Both the position numbers and the translations under genes were made by a program. Positions 38,605-46,943 of a stretch of 64,000 nt of DNA are shown here, one piece after another (positions within the stretch are counted from its first letter, which is position 1; every line of letters begins with the position of its first letter). The stretch covers positions 87,300-151,299 of the forward strand of contig MFLE01000025.1 of the NCBI GenBank assembly GCA_001781205.1, written 5' to 3'. Source of the stretch: Candidatus Kaiserbacteria bacterium RIFCSPHIGHO2_02_FULL_49_34. GTDB lineage: Bacteria > Patescibacteriota > Minisyncoccia > Phycocordibacterales > UBA918. The notes under the pieces were generated by a model that was given only the letters and a program-made list of their open reading frames with translations, searched no databases and was not told the DNA's origin.

Positions 38605-40395
38605 TTAAAGACGACTGCGACGTACAAGATCAACACCTTCTAGTGCAGAGCCTGAACCTTCCGGCGGAGAAGGAATTTCTTTTTCTTCCCCCTTCCCAAA
38701 TTCATACTTGTAGAAAAATTTGCCATCATGATAATCCATGAAAATAGGCAGTAATGCTTCCTTCATTTTCTTCTTGTTTACCATTTCAGTATCCATATCT
38801 AAGAGAGGTTTCATATCGATATAAAGTAATCTGCGCACACGCTCAATCTCGATACCCAACCAATTTTGAGGACTGTCCGTTTTGGGTAAATAAAAGCCTA
38901 TCAATGCCAAATATGGTCTTATTGCAGCTGGATAATGCCTATTAATAACATTATTGCCAATTTGCTGCCATAAACGTCTTAGGAATGGTTCTCGGTATCC
39001 CTGTTTATAGGAATCCTCATAAATCATTCCATGAGTAATTTGATGAAGAGTCAGCCAGTACATGTGATCTTTTTCGTCCACATATGAAAGACTTTCAATT
39101 CCTTTATAGAGCAAAGCAGCAACTCCAGCATTGATAGTTGAATCAGAATCGAAGCTAGCCTCTGTGGTTGTTTTTTCTTTTTCAATAATACCCGTATTAA
39201 GATTTTTTTGATAATCCAAAAACGGGTAGTCATGTCCGAGAAATTGGGAAATACCATCAAGGATCCACCATTCTTCTTCCATAGCATATTCTGTATCTAC
39301 ACCTCTGCTTTTTTCTATTGAGAGCTTTCTAGCTATACCCTCAAAAGCTTTGCTAAGGTATTTAAAGCCATCGTTTATATGATTCACTGACCCCCGCCCT
39401 GTTTTAAGGTAAGTTGATATTGCTTTAGATAAAGCCTCTATCAGGACCCCGGTACTGGTCTGGCTATTCCCCCCTGCAGAATAACCAAGGGTAGGGTACC
39501 CAAACAATCTGAAATTAGTTAACAACTTAGGTGATTCAAAAACACTTCTATAAATATTTGAAGAGAGTGCTAAACCATCACGATTTCGATGCTTGTAAAA
39601 AAATGAACCCTCATCAAGAAATAGATTTCTTACTAGAGCTGGAACTCCTACGTTACATTGTCGTTGATTAACATCATACTCCTCAACCATAAAAAGAATG
39701 TGTTGTAGTGCGTCTAGTCTTTTAGTCGTGAGAATCTTTACAACAGATTCTTCACTCAAAACCACGTCTACTATCGCTCGGGCATTTTGACTTATCTCGC
39801 TACTTGGATCCTTCTCTTTTATTGATTTACAAATATCTTCAAAATTGTGTAAGAGCACCTCAAGTGCTGCGTTAGTCGATTTATCATCTGACCGAGACAC
39901 TTCTTGAATCATCACTTCGTAAAACTTTCCAGAAGTCTTTTCAGTGAATAATCCTTTCGTTCGCTTTGCAAAAAACAAAAGTGAGAGTGGTGATAATACA
40001 AATAAAATATAAGCAACTACTTCATATGCAAGTGGAGTATCGAAAGGATAACCTAGATAATTTATTGGTATTTGAGTTATCAACACTCTAGCTAAGACAA
40101 CAACCAATCCAGCTACTCCTAGGAGCCAAAATAAGTTACGTTGCCAAGTCGGACGGATCCTTAGAACAGTGTCCCAATAAGGATTACGAAGTTGGTAAAC
40201 AGTGAATATCAAACCAAACGCCGCGAGTGCCCCACCGAGGTCGAGATAACTGGGAACATTAAATAAATAACTATCACAGTATCCTTTATTTAAAAATCTA
40301 AATAAACAATGACCCTGATCTAAATAGTTTGGCTGGTCTTGGCTTATGACTGGAGCTATCCATGAGGAAAGTTGAGAGTGGTTGAATTGGTTCAT
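38605..40395 (-). CDS. Large hypothetical protein (596 aa), 3-4 N-terminal TM helices plus about 440-aa soluble domain; AT-rich gene
   Basis: Uninterrupted ORF. Visibly lower GC than flanking genes (long A/T runs throughout). No motif recognised. Confidence 0.55.
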   Translation of the reverse strand: MNQFNHSQLSSWIAPVISQDQPNYLDQGHCLFRFLNKGYCDSYLFNVPSYLDLGGALAAFGLIFTVYQLRNPYWDTVLRIRPTWQRNLFWLLGVAGLVVVLARVLITQIPINYLGYPFDTPLAYEVVAYILFVLSPLSLLFFAKRTKGLFTEKTSGKFYEVMIQEVSRSDDKSTNAALEVLLHNFEDICKSIKEKDPSSEISQNARAIVDVVLSEESVVKILTTKRLDALQHILFMVEEYDVNQRQCNVGVPALVRNLFLDEGSFFYKHRNRDGLALSSNIYRSVFESPKLLTNFRLFGYPTLGYSAGGNSQTSTGVLIEALSKAISTYLKTGRGSVNHINDGFKYLSKAFEGIARKLSIEKSRGVDTEYAMEEEWWILDGISQFLGHDYPFLDYQKNLNTGIIEKEKTTTEASFDSDSTINAGVAALLYKGIESLSYVDEKDHMYWLTLHQITHGMIYEDSYKQGYREPFLRRLWQQIGNNVINRHYPAAIRPYLALIGFYLPKTDSPQNWLGIEIERVRRLLYIDMKPLLDMDTEMVNKKKMKEALLPIFMDYHDGKFFYKYEFGKGEEKEIPSPPEGSGSALEGVDLVRRSRL

Positions 40396-40584
40396 AAATT
40401 TAAGAGGAATTTAGAGGAATAAAAGGACCGGTACACTTATTTATTGGAGTGTGTGGTGCAATTTTTCACCACACACATCTGCTTATTGTCCTCCACCTTG
40501 TTCAAAACTCAATACTGCCATGGTATCAAAATATTGATTGTGTCGCAATGCTTTTTGTTTTGTTTTTTTGAAACTCTCAAAGAC

Positions 40585-40612
40585 AAACCCCGAGGTTGCT
40601 CGGGGTTTGTTG
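40585..40612 (-). terminator. Intrinsic terminator (AAACCCCGAG-gttg-CTCGGGGTTTG) after the 40649..41938 gene
   Basis: GC-rich 10-bp stem with flanking A/T runs, 37 nt after the stop. Confidence 0.6.
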
Positions 40613-40648
40613 CTGCCTTTGTGTCTACATGCACACACTCGTGTTACT

Positions 40649-41938
40649 TTACTGACCAAGAGTTATGAATGACTCCTCGTCTGACTTGGTTTCGTTGTTG
40701 TCGGTATCTGTTGAACTTACCATGTAGTAGTAGGTGGTGCTTGCGGTAAGTCCACTGAGACTCACGCTGTGACTCGTCGTTAGGAGCGTGCTTTCTGCGC
40801 GGAGTACGCCGTCGTCGTCAGTATTGAAACCTGATGTCGTTGCGTACCACACCACACTGTTTGCCGCTTCGTCGGTTTCCCAGACGATGGTTGCGGTTGT
40901 GGTCGCGGTATTCTCAGCATCAACACCTGAAATCTCAGGTGCTTCGGTATCAGCGAGCGTCGTAAAGGAGAATTCATTCGACACCGTATCATTGCCCGAG
41001 GTATCTTCGGAACCAACCTTAACGTAATACGTGGTGCCCGCCTCGAGGTCGGAAAGACGAATCTGATGTTCCTCAACTTCGGAACTGCTCATTCTCATCT
41101 GTACACCAGCTGTGCCGATTACAAATCCTGAGCTCGTTGCGAACCAAACGGTGCTGTCGGCGTCTTCATTGGTTTCCCAGGTGATAGTCGCGCCACTTTC
41201 CGTGATACGACGAGCCGACACGTCGCTAATCGTCAGATCGGTAACATCCTCGTCGTCGTCTTCGTCTTCATCCTCATCGTCGTCGTCGCCTTTCACCTCG
41301 TCGTCACATCTCCCTAATGTGTCGCCGTGTGCAAGGTGTGCCTGCACTGCAGGACCGCCAACAGAGATCGTGTGCTGACCAGTGCCTGTTCTGTGACATA
41401 CTTTCACACCCGTAACGCCGGGTGCGAGTGCGGTACGATCGACGTCGCCTTCGTCTTTGTTGTCTCTGATTCGCTCGAAGACATTTCTCTGCCCGCGTGC
41501 GAATCGATTCAACAGCTGGTTGATGGTCTGCCGGGTAAGCGGACCAACCTCACCAACCCGTTCAATACCAAAGCGTTCCTGCAAACGCTCGATTGCGCGA
41601 GCAGTGAGCGGGCCAAAATAGCCGGTAATGATACCTTCTGGATAAAGTTCGGGGTCGGAGGCGAGAAGCTCTTGAAGCTCTCGCACATCGTCACCCGTTG
41701 CGCCAATAGCAAGTTGACGCGTGATTTGAACGGCCTCTCTAATCTCTCCGCGGAGAGATTGTTGCTGAGCCTCAAGGTCAAGTAGTTGTTCTTGCAAGGT
41801 ATTAATTTGTTGCAAGAGTTCTGCGAGCCGTTCTGCTATTGTTTGTGTTGTATCGGTGGTTTGTGCAAAGACCGGAGAGGTCGTTACACTCAGTGCAAAA
41901 ACAATAACACTTACGCTCAATAAAAACTTATTGATCAT
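40649..41938 (-). CDS. Secreted protein: signal peptide, coiled-coil, peptidoglycan-binding (PG_binding_1-like) domain, acidic D/E linker, two fibronectin type III domains
   Basis: Signal peptide MINKFLLSVSVIVFALSVTTSPVFAQ; LAIGATGDDVRELQELLASDPELYPEGIITGYFGPLTARAIERLQ matches the PG-binding helix-bundle pattern; run DDDDEDEDEDDDED; two ITW...TTYY FN3-like modules. Confidence 0.6.
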   Translation of the reverse strand: MINKFLLSVSVIVFALSVTTSPVFAQTTDTTQTIAERLAELLQQINTLQEQLLDLEAQQQSLRGEIREAVQITRQLAIGATGDDVRELQELLASDPELYPEGIITGYFGPLTARAIERLQERFGIERVGEVGPLTRQTINQLLNRFARGQRNVFERIRDNKDEGDVDRTALAPGVTGVKVCHRTGTGQHTISVGGPAVQAHLAHGDTLGRCDDEVKGDDDDEDEDEDDDEDVTDLTISDVSARRITESGATITWETNEDADSTVWFATSSGFVIGTAGVQMRMSSSEVEEHQIRLSDLEAGTTYYVKVGSEDTSGNDTVSNEFSFTTLADTEAPEISGVDAENTATTTATIVWETDEAANSVVWYATTSGFNTDDDGVLRAESTLLTTSHSVSLSGLTASTTYYYMVSSTDTDNNETKSDEESFITLGQ

Positions 41939-42107
41939 AGTGAATAATGTTTAATAATGTGAGTACAAGCAAATGGGAGGCTTATACCTTTGCCTATCAT
42001 ACGTCTACATGCAGAAAACTCAAAATGATGTGAGGCATGTGTGTCGTGTCTCCGTAGGCCCGACAAAGTACAACAAAATAAATGCTGGACGCATTTATTT
42101 TGACATT

Positions 42108-42182
42108 TGGTGACCCTACGGAGAATCGAACTCCGATTTCAAGGATGAGAACCTTGCGTCCTAACCATTAGACGATAGGGCC
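42108..42182 (-). tRNA. tRNA-Glu (anticodon CTC), CCA encoded
   Basis: Reverse complement: GGCCCTATCGTCTAATGGTTAGGACGCAAGGTTCTCATCCTTGAAATCGGAGTTCGATTCTCCGTAGGGTCACCA; anticodon loop TTCTCAT. Confidence 0.8.
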
Positions 42183-42403
42183 GTGTTTATGCGCATAGAT
42201 ATACCACGTTTTTTTAGAAAATGGAAGTGATTTTGGTGTTACATGTGCGCATTTTGCACGTTTTGCATTGCTTTTTCTCTTTGGTAAACAATATATCCAC
42301 CATTCTGGATTTTACAGAACCGCTACCACGGTCACTTGACTTCCCGAGCGTCACGAGTATAATGAGCATATTCCGACGAAAGGGGTTCCGAACGGTTAAT
42401 TGC

Positions 42404-42919
42404 CTAAGGACCCCCTTTCTTTTTGCCTATTTTTTCCATAGTATTGTGGTCGTCCAGAGCCACACAATACTTTGCGGTTAATTTTTTATAAAGTGACGAA
42501 GCGCTCGCTCGTGCAGGGAACAAAATCTTTTCGAACTTTTCCACCTCAATGAGAAAATCCACAAGTTTCTTGTAGTCGCCGTCACCAGAAATAAGAATTA
42601 CTTTCCCTGGTATATCTCCTTTGTAGAGGCTTTGCATGATATCGAAGACAACATCAGTATCCACATTCCCCTTCTTTGTAGTACGCATGAGCGAGTTATG
42701 CTCACGGAACTTTAGAATGAATCCTGCCTCTTGTATCTGATCATAAAACTTTTCATTCTCGTTATCGACGTAACCAAGATGATAGTATGCTTTGATAACG
42801 CCATAACGTTCTTTGAGGAAAACACGAAACCGAGCAAGATCTATAACCCATTTGCCGTTGTTATTTTTCTTTGTTGTGTAGTAGAGGTTTTGTCCGTCTA
42901 TATATGCGATGTTGTTCAT
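42404..42919 (-). CDS. NYN-domain (LabA/DUF88-like PIN-fold) putative ribonuclease
   Basis: IAYIDGQNLYY...NVDTDVVFDIM...VILISGDGDYKKLVDFL are the conserved acidic blocks of NYN domains. Start at MNNIAYIDG. The gene is AT-rich. Confidence 0.65.
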   Translation of the reverse strand: MNNIAYIDGQNLYYTTKKNNNGKWVIDLARFRVFLKERYGVIKAYYHLGYVDNENEKFYDQIQEAGFILKFREHNSLMRTTKKGNVDTDVVFDIMQSLYKGDIPGKVILISGDGDYKKLVDFLIEVEKFEKILFPARASASSLYKKLTAKYCVALDDHNTMEKIGKKKGGP

Positions 42920-43023
42920 AATGTTTTGAGGGGTGATTGCCTTGGCCAACATCATTATACCCGTATTCTGAAAAAAGACACACGGATTGCCTCGTGTGTT
43001 TTTTGTGCTTGTTCTATTATATG

Positions 43024-43095
43024 TGACCCTACGGAGAATCGAACTCCGATTTCAAGGATGAAAACCTTGCGTCCTAACCATTAGACGATAGGGCC
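43024..43095 (-). tRNA. tRNA-Glu (anticodon TTC), CCA not encoded
   Basis: Identical to the 42108..42182 copy except anticodon loop TTTTCAT (one G>A change) and absence of a 3' CCA. Confidence 0.8.
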
Positions 43096-43233
43096 GTGTT
43101 TGTGCGCATAGATATACCATACTTTGGGGAAAAATGGAAGCGTTTTTGCGGGGGCTGCCTATCCACAATACTCTCCAAAGGCATAAAAAGAAGGCTGCTG
43201 GGCAGCCTTCGTAGGTATCGTAGTTTCGATACC

Positions 43234-44151
43234 TTAATCAATAAGTGACGCAAGGGTCACTCCCCTCTTCTCGAGTGCTTTCTTGAGATTTTCTTCGGCA
43301 CGAGACCGCATCATGCCAATAGCCCGACTTGTGTAGCCATAGGCAGGGGCGATTTCCTTCAGGCTCTCCTCATGCCCGTCACGAAGGCCGTAAAAGCGTT
43401 CAAGAAGCTCACGCTCCGGCTCAGAAAGGCCACGCAGACAGTCTTTGACAATGGTTTGTAGCGAACCTGCGAGTGCAGACTCGTCTGTTGCCTTGCCTTC
43501 GTCAACGAGAGTTTGGTACGCGGCACCTCCGTTATCCTGTACCTCATCGGATGGGTGTACGGTAATTGTTTGTGCGTTTGCGTATTCTTCAAGCCTTGCG
43601 GCATACTCGAGCTCGATATGCATGCGTTCCGCGAGAATCGACAGTGTCACATGCGCGCCGCTTGCGAGCATTTCGTCACGCATACGCTTGTAGGTAGACA
43701 GTTTCCGCAGAACGTCTTTTTCGATTCTTACCAGCCTTTCATGCTGCAGGTACTCCTTCTTGATGGCGTCATGAATCCACCAGGTTGCATAGTTCGGAAA
43801 CGTGCCTTTCGACGCATCGTATTTCCGTGCGGCGTGTTCGAGTCCGAAATAGCCCGTACTCAAGAGAACCGCGAGCGTCACGACATGACTCGGGCGTTTC
43901 CTTGCATATGATCTCGCGATGCTTGCCATGTGCTGTACTGCACTCATGGCGAGCTCATGTACCGCAGCTTGATCGTCGGAGAGAATTCGTGCTTGCAGCA
44001 CCTGCAACTCTTCCTTAGTGAAGCGTTTGTTGCATGCCTCTGAAGCATACATTTCGTGTTCAAAAAGTTGCACGATTACCTTTTCAGTACTGATGCCGGA
44101 GGAAAAGAGGCTGAGCTCTTTTTTTAGATCCATGCTGATTGAATCACTCAT
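43234..44151 (-). CDS. RNA polymerase sigma factor, sigma-70 family (compact, regions 2-4)
   Basis: Region 2 (YATWWIHDAIKK), region 3 and region 4 HTH (LKEIAPAYGYTSRAIGMMRSRAEENLKK). Confidence 0.75.
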   Translation of the reverse strand: MSDSISMDLKKELSLFSSGISTEKVIVQLFEHEMYASEACNKRFTKEELQVLQARILSDDQAAVHELAMSAVQHMASIARSYARKRPSHVVTLAVLLSTGYFGLEHAARKYDASKGTFPNYATWWIHDAIKKEYLQHERLVRIEKDVLRKLSTYKRMRDEMLASGAHVTLSILAERMHIELEYAARLEEYANAQTITVHPSDEVQDNGGAAYQTLVDEGKATDESALAGSLQTIVKDCLRGLSEPERELLERFYGLRDGHEESLKEIAPAYGYTSRAIGMMRSRAEENLKKALEKRGVTLASLID

Positions 44152-44293
44152 ATCGATGTACCTTTTTTTTGAATGAACTGTCTTAGAAAACGTAGCATAT
44201 TTGGGTGGAAAGGCAAGGATGTTGTGGTTTTTGCTTGAGTTTTCGCTTTTGATGTGTATAATGCACGAACCGAAAGGTACCGCACATCAATAC

Positions 44294-44380
44294 GCGTCGA
44301 TGGCAGAGCGGTCAAATGCATCAGACTGTAAATCTGACGGACTTCGTCCTACGTTGGTTCAAATCCAACTCGGCGCACCA
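44294..44380 (+). tRNA. tRNA-Tyr (anticodon GTA), type II with long variable arm; CCA encoded
   Basis: Acceptor GCGTCGA/TCGGCGC, anticodon stem TCAGA/TCTGA with loop CTGTAAA, variable arm, T-arm GTTGG-TTCAAAT-CCAAC, discriminator A plus CCA. Confidence 0.75.
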
Positions 44381-44382
44381 GA

Positions 44383-44412
44383 TAAAATGCGAGCAATCAG
44401 CTCGCATTTTTC
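44383..44412 (+). terminator. Intrinsic terminator after tRNA-Tyr (AAAATGCGAGC-aatcag-GCTCGCATTTTT)
   Basis: 11-bp stem plus T5. Confidence 0.6.
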
Positions 44413-44600
44413 TATGTCCGTCAGATTTAATCTGACGGCTGAGTCCTATCTGTCTATGTTTGCGCCAGCAAACATTTTAAACTAGTGCCGGCGGAGGCCG
44501 GCATCCTTAGACAGCTGGGCCACCTGGTCCGCGCTAGCGGTGGCCCTTTCAGTTGGTTCAAGGAACGCCCTACGCAAGCAAGTACACAAAAAGGAACACA
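44413..44600 (+). ncRNA. Candidate structured non-coding RNA / tRNA-Tyr anticodon-arm pseudo-fragment followed by multi-helix region
   Basis: 44414-44443 duplicates the tRNA-Tyr anticodon-stem/variable-arm region with changes (GTCAGATTTAATCTGACGGCTGAGTCC vs TCAGACTGTAAATCTGACGGACTTCGTCC). Downstream there is a three-way junction (CTGTCTA...TAGACAG enclosing hairpins TGTTTGC-gccag-GCAAACA and GCCGGC-ggag-GCCGGC) and an 8-bp helix GGGCCACC...GGTGGCCC. No ORF. Confidence 0.3.
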
Positions 44601-44611
44601 GGTTGTCCTCC

Positions 44612-44700
44612 CTAACGCCTGGATCCTTCCAGGATGACAAAATGAGGGGATAGTACTTTTTATGAAGTGATAGTTAAAATCGATTCTAACATTTCATCTA
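44612..44700 (+). promoter_or_regulatory. Copy B of the conserved promoter/operator-like cassette, 90 nt upstream of the yvcK-HAD fusion gene
   Basis: CCTGGATCCTTCCAGG-ATGACAAAA-TGAGGGGATAGTAC-TTTTTAT-N10-AGTTAAAATCGATTCTAAC. Confidence 0.5.
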
Positions 44701-44790
44701 TTAGGCGCACAGGGTTGCAAAAGTCTACAAAAACATCTATGCTCGGGGTAACACTGTTCATTTATTGGTTCTTACCAAAGGAGCTCTCTC

Positions 44791-46242
44791 ATGCTACCAT
44801 GTATTGTTACCCTTAGCGGTGGGTCTGGCGGTTATACGCTTATCCGCGGGCTTGTTGAGTATCCGCTCGACATTACCTCAATTGCTACGGTCTTTGATGA
44901 CGGTGGCTCGACGGGCGTTATCCGCGATGCATACGGCGCGCTGCCGCAAGGCGATTTGCGTCGCTGCATCTTGGCACAGCTTCGTGGCGACCCGCACTGG
45001 CGCGAGCTTTTCACGCATCGGTTCCAGGAAAAGTTTTTGGACGACCATTCGCTCGGCAACATCATGTTGCTCGCCGCGGAAGAACTCTGGGGGCGCGAAC
45101 GTGCCGCCGCAACGCTTGCAAAAATGCTCGGTGCACAGGGGCGTGTCTTGCCTATTTCAACCGACGACTCACGCCTCATCGCCACCATGGACGACGGCAG
45201 CACCATTACGGGTGAGTCGAACATCGACAAACGCAACATACGTCACGATGCACGAGCTATTTCGCGCATGCGTCTCTCCAAGCGTGCAACCATTCACAAG
45301 GAGGCACACACGGCGCTCATGGAGGCGGAGTACATCATCATTGGTCCTGGTGACCTGTACACCTCGCTCGTTCCCATTCTCCTCGTGCGTGGTGCTGCAG
45401 AGACAATCAATGCATCGCCGGCAAAACTCATCTATGTTGCAAACTTGATGACGAAGCCGGCCGAAACAGCGAACTATTCGACGGATGATTTTTTGCAGGC
45501 GTTTCGCACGCATGGCCTGGAGCGCGACATCACCGTCGTCGTGAGTGCACATGACGACATTCCGAAAAACCTCATCACAACCTACTGGGAAAAGGAGCTC
45601 GCAACACCTGTTCGCATGCATGACGCTGCAGCATTTGCACACTATGCACTACGCAATCACACCGCGCCGCTTATTAGCAGCCGGGCTGCAGCAGAAGGCA
45701 TCATCCGTCACAGCAGTCACAAGCTGGGGCGGGCAATCATGGACATCATTGAGGAGAACACGTACGGAAGACACCTGGTCATCGACCTCGATGACACGCT
45801 TGCGGAAACGCATTTACGGCTACAAGGCGACGTCAGCAGGATTTCTGAGCTCACCCTTGCACCGCACGCGCTCGAGTTCCTGCTCTCCTATCAAGGGCGA
45901 CGGGTGCTTCTGAGTACGGGCGATGAAGAGCTACAGCGCAAAAAAATAGCACACCTTGGCATCGAGAAATTCTTCGATGCTATCCACATTGTGCCAACGC
46001 CGGAAGCGAAATCGCTCATGCTTGCAAGCTACGTCAAGATTGTTGGCGATGCAAAGCGTGTTGATGTCGTCGGCGATCGTGTCGATGTGGAAATATGTTA
46101 TGGCATGCGGCTCAGATGTCGGACGGTGCGAGTTGCGCTTCCCGGAGCTCACTATGCACATGTTGTTCCGACGGAAGAACAAACTCCTGACGCAACCGTC
46201 ACGAACTTTGTCGCACTTATGAATCTTCTTGTTCCTTCGTAG
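44791..46242 (+). CDS. YvcK/CofD-family (UPF0052, gluconeogenesis-factor-like) protein fused to a C-terminal HAD-like hydrolase domain
   Basis: N-terminus IVTLSGGSGGYTLIRGL...VFDDGGSTG is the YvcK/CofD signature. C-terminal about 150 aa carry HAD motif I HLVIDLDDTLAE and later VGDRVD. Confidence 0.6.
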   Translation: MLPCIVTLSGGSGGYTLIRGLVEYPLDITSIATVFDDGGSTGVIRDAYGALPQGDLRRCILAQLRGDPHWRELFTHRFQEKFLDDHSLGNIMLLAAEELWGRERAAATLAKMLGAQGRVLPISTDDSRLIATMDDGSTITGESNIDKRNIRHDARAISRMRLSKRATIHKEAHTALMEAEYIIIGPGDLYTSLVPILLVRGAAETINASPAKLIYVANLMTKPAETANYSTDDFLQAFRTHGLERDITVVVSAHDDIPKNLITTYWEKELATPVRMHDAAAFAHYALRNHTAPLISSRAAAEGIIRHSSHKLGRAIMDIIEENTYGRHLVIDLDDTLAETHLRLQGDVSRISELTLAPHALEFLLSYQGRRVLLSTGDEELQRKKIAHLGIEKFFDAIHIVPTPEAKSLMLASYVKIVGDAKRVDVVGDRVDVEICYGMRLRCRTVRVALPGAHYAHVVPTEEQTPDATVTNFVALMNLLVPS

Positions 46243-46294
46243 ACATTACGATATGACACACCCCGCTTTTAGCGGGGTGTTTTTTGTTTCGAGG

Positions 46295-46819
46295 TTAGAG
46301 ATGGCTTGCGGTGAGGGCTTTGGCGATGTCGCGGGCGAGCTCGGTGTCGGTGAGCTCTTCCATGTTTTTGTGAGGAAGATAGCCGAGGACTACGCAAGCG
46401 CGATGCATGAGTTCTTGTTCTGCACGGGCGAGGTTTTCTGTTTCTGTTGTGCGGATGAGGGCTTCGGTGATGAGGTCGAAAAGTGGGGCGGCAGATTCTT
46501 CTCCGCGCACCATACGTTTGAGGAAGCGTACGCAGTTGCGCACGAACGCGCGCTGTTCGCGTGTTGTCAGTGGGGTGAACACATTAAGAAAGGGCTCGAC
46601 GCCTGTGATGCGCCACCCTGATTTGCCGCGAATCATTGAGACGGTGAGGATTGAGAATTCCGTGAGGCTGTAGCGCTGTTTTGAACGCTCTTCGCGAACA
46701 CTTTTTGAGGCGGCGTAGAGCATGCCAGCGTCGCGCGTAAAAAGCTGCACCGTTTTATCGGCAGTCATATTGTCAAACGCGCCACAGACGAGCGCTTTGG
46801 TGGTATACACGCGGTACAT
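46295..46819 (-). CDS. Possible short RecO-like DNA repair protein (tentative)
   Basis: N-terminal OB-fold-like pattern resembling RecO (start at MYRVY). Weak assignment. Confidence 0.35.
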   Translation of the reverse strand: MYRVYTTKALVCGAFDNMTADKTVQLFTRDAGMLYAASKSVREERSKQRYSLTEFSILTVSMIRGKSGWRITGVEPFLNVFTPLTTREQRAFVRNCVRFLKRMVRGEESAAPLFDLITEALIRTTETENLARAEQELMHRACVVLGYLPHKNMEELTDTELARDIAKALTASHL

Positions 46820-46857
46820 GGTATTTCGTACGGGAAAGCAAAAAATAAACAGGATTG

Positions 46858-46925
46858 TCATCCTCGGGCTTCATAAAAATAACGGAGCAGAGCGGAGTAT
46901 ATTTTTAAAAGACCCGGGGATGACA
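46858..46925. repeat. Imperfect inverted repeat ATTGTCATCCTCGGGC ... GACCCGGGGATGACAGC with 35-nt AT-rich spacer
   Basis: Arms contain the TGTCATCC/GGATGACA core also present in cassette copies A-C. Lies between the thpR stop and the 46819 start. Confidence 0.35.
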
Positions 46926-46943
46926 GCTCTGTGTGTTGGTTGC

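Noticed and set aside
41112-41378. Poly-Ser ORF (SSSSSSSSSSSS) on the plus strand
   Set aside because: It is the antisense reading of the poly-Asp/Glu acidic linker (DDDDEDEDEDDDED) in the 40649..41938 gene.
44413-44600. Assignment of the structured region after tRNA-Tyr to RNase P RNA, SRP RNA, tmRNA or 6S RNA
   Set aside because: None of the conserved sequence blocks (P4 AGGAAAGUCCGG / ACAGAAACCCGGCUUA, SRP GGAAGGAAGCAGCC, tmRNA tRNA-like 3' end) are present; left as an unclassified candidate.
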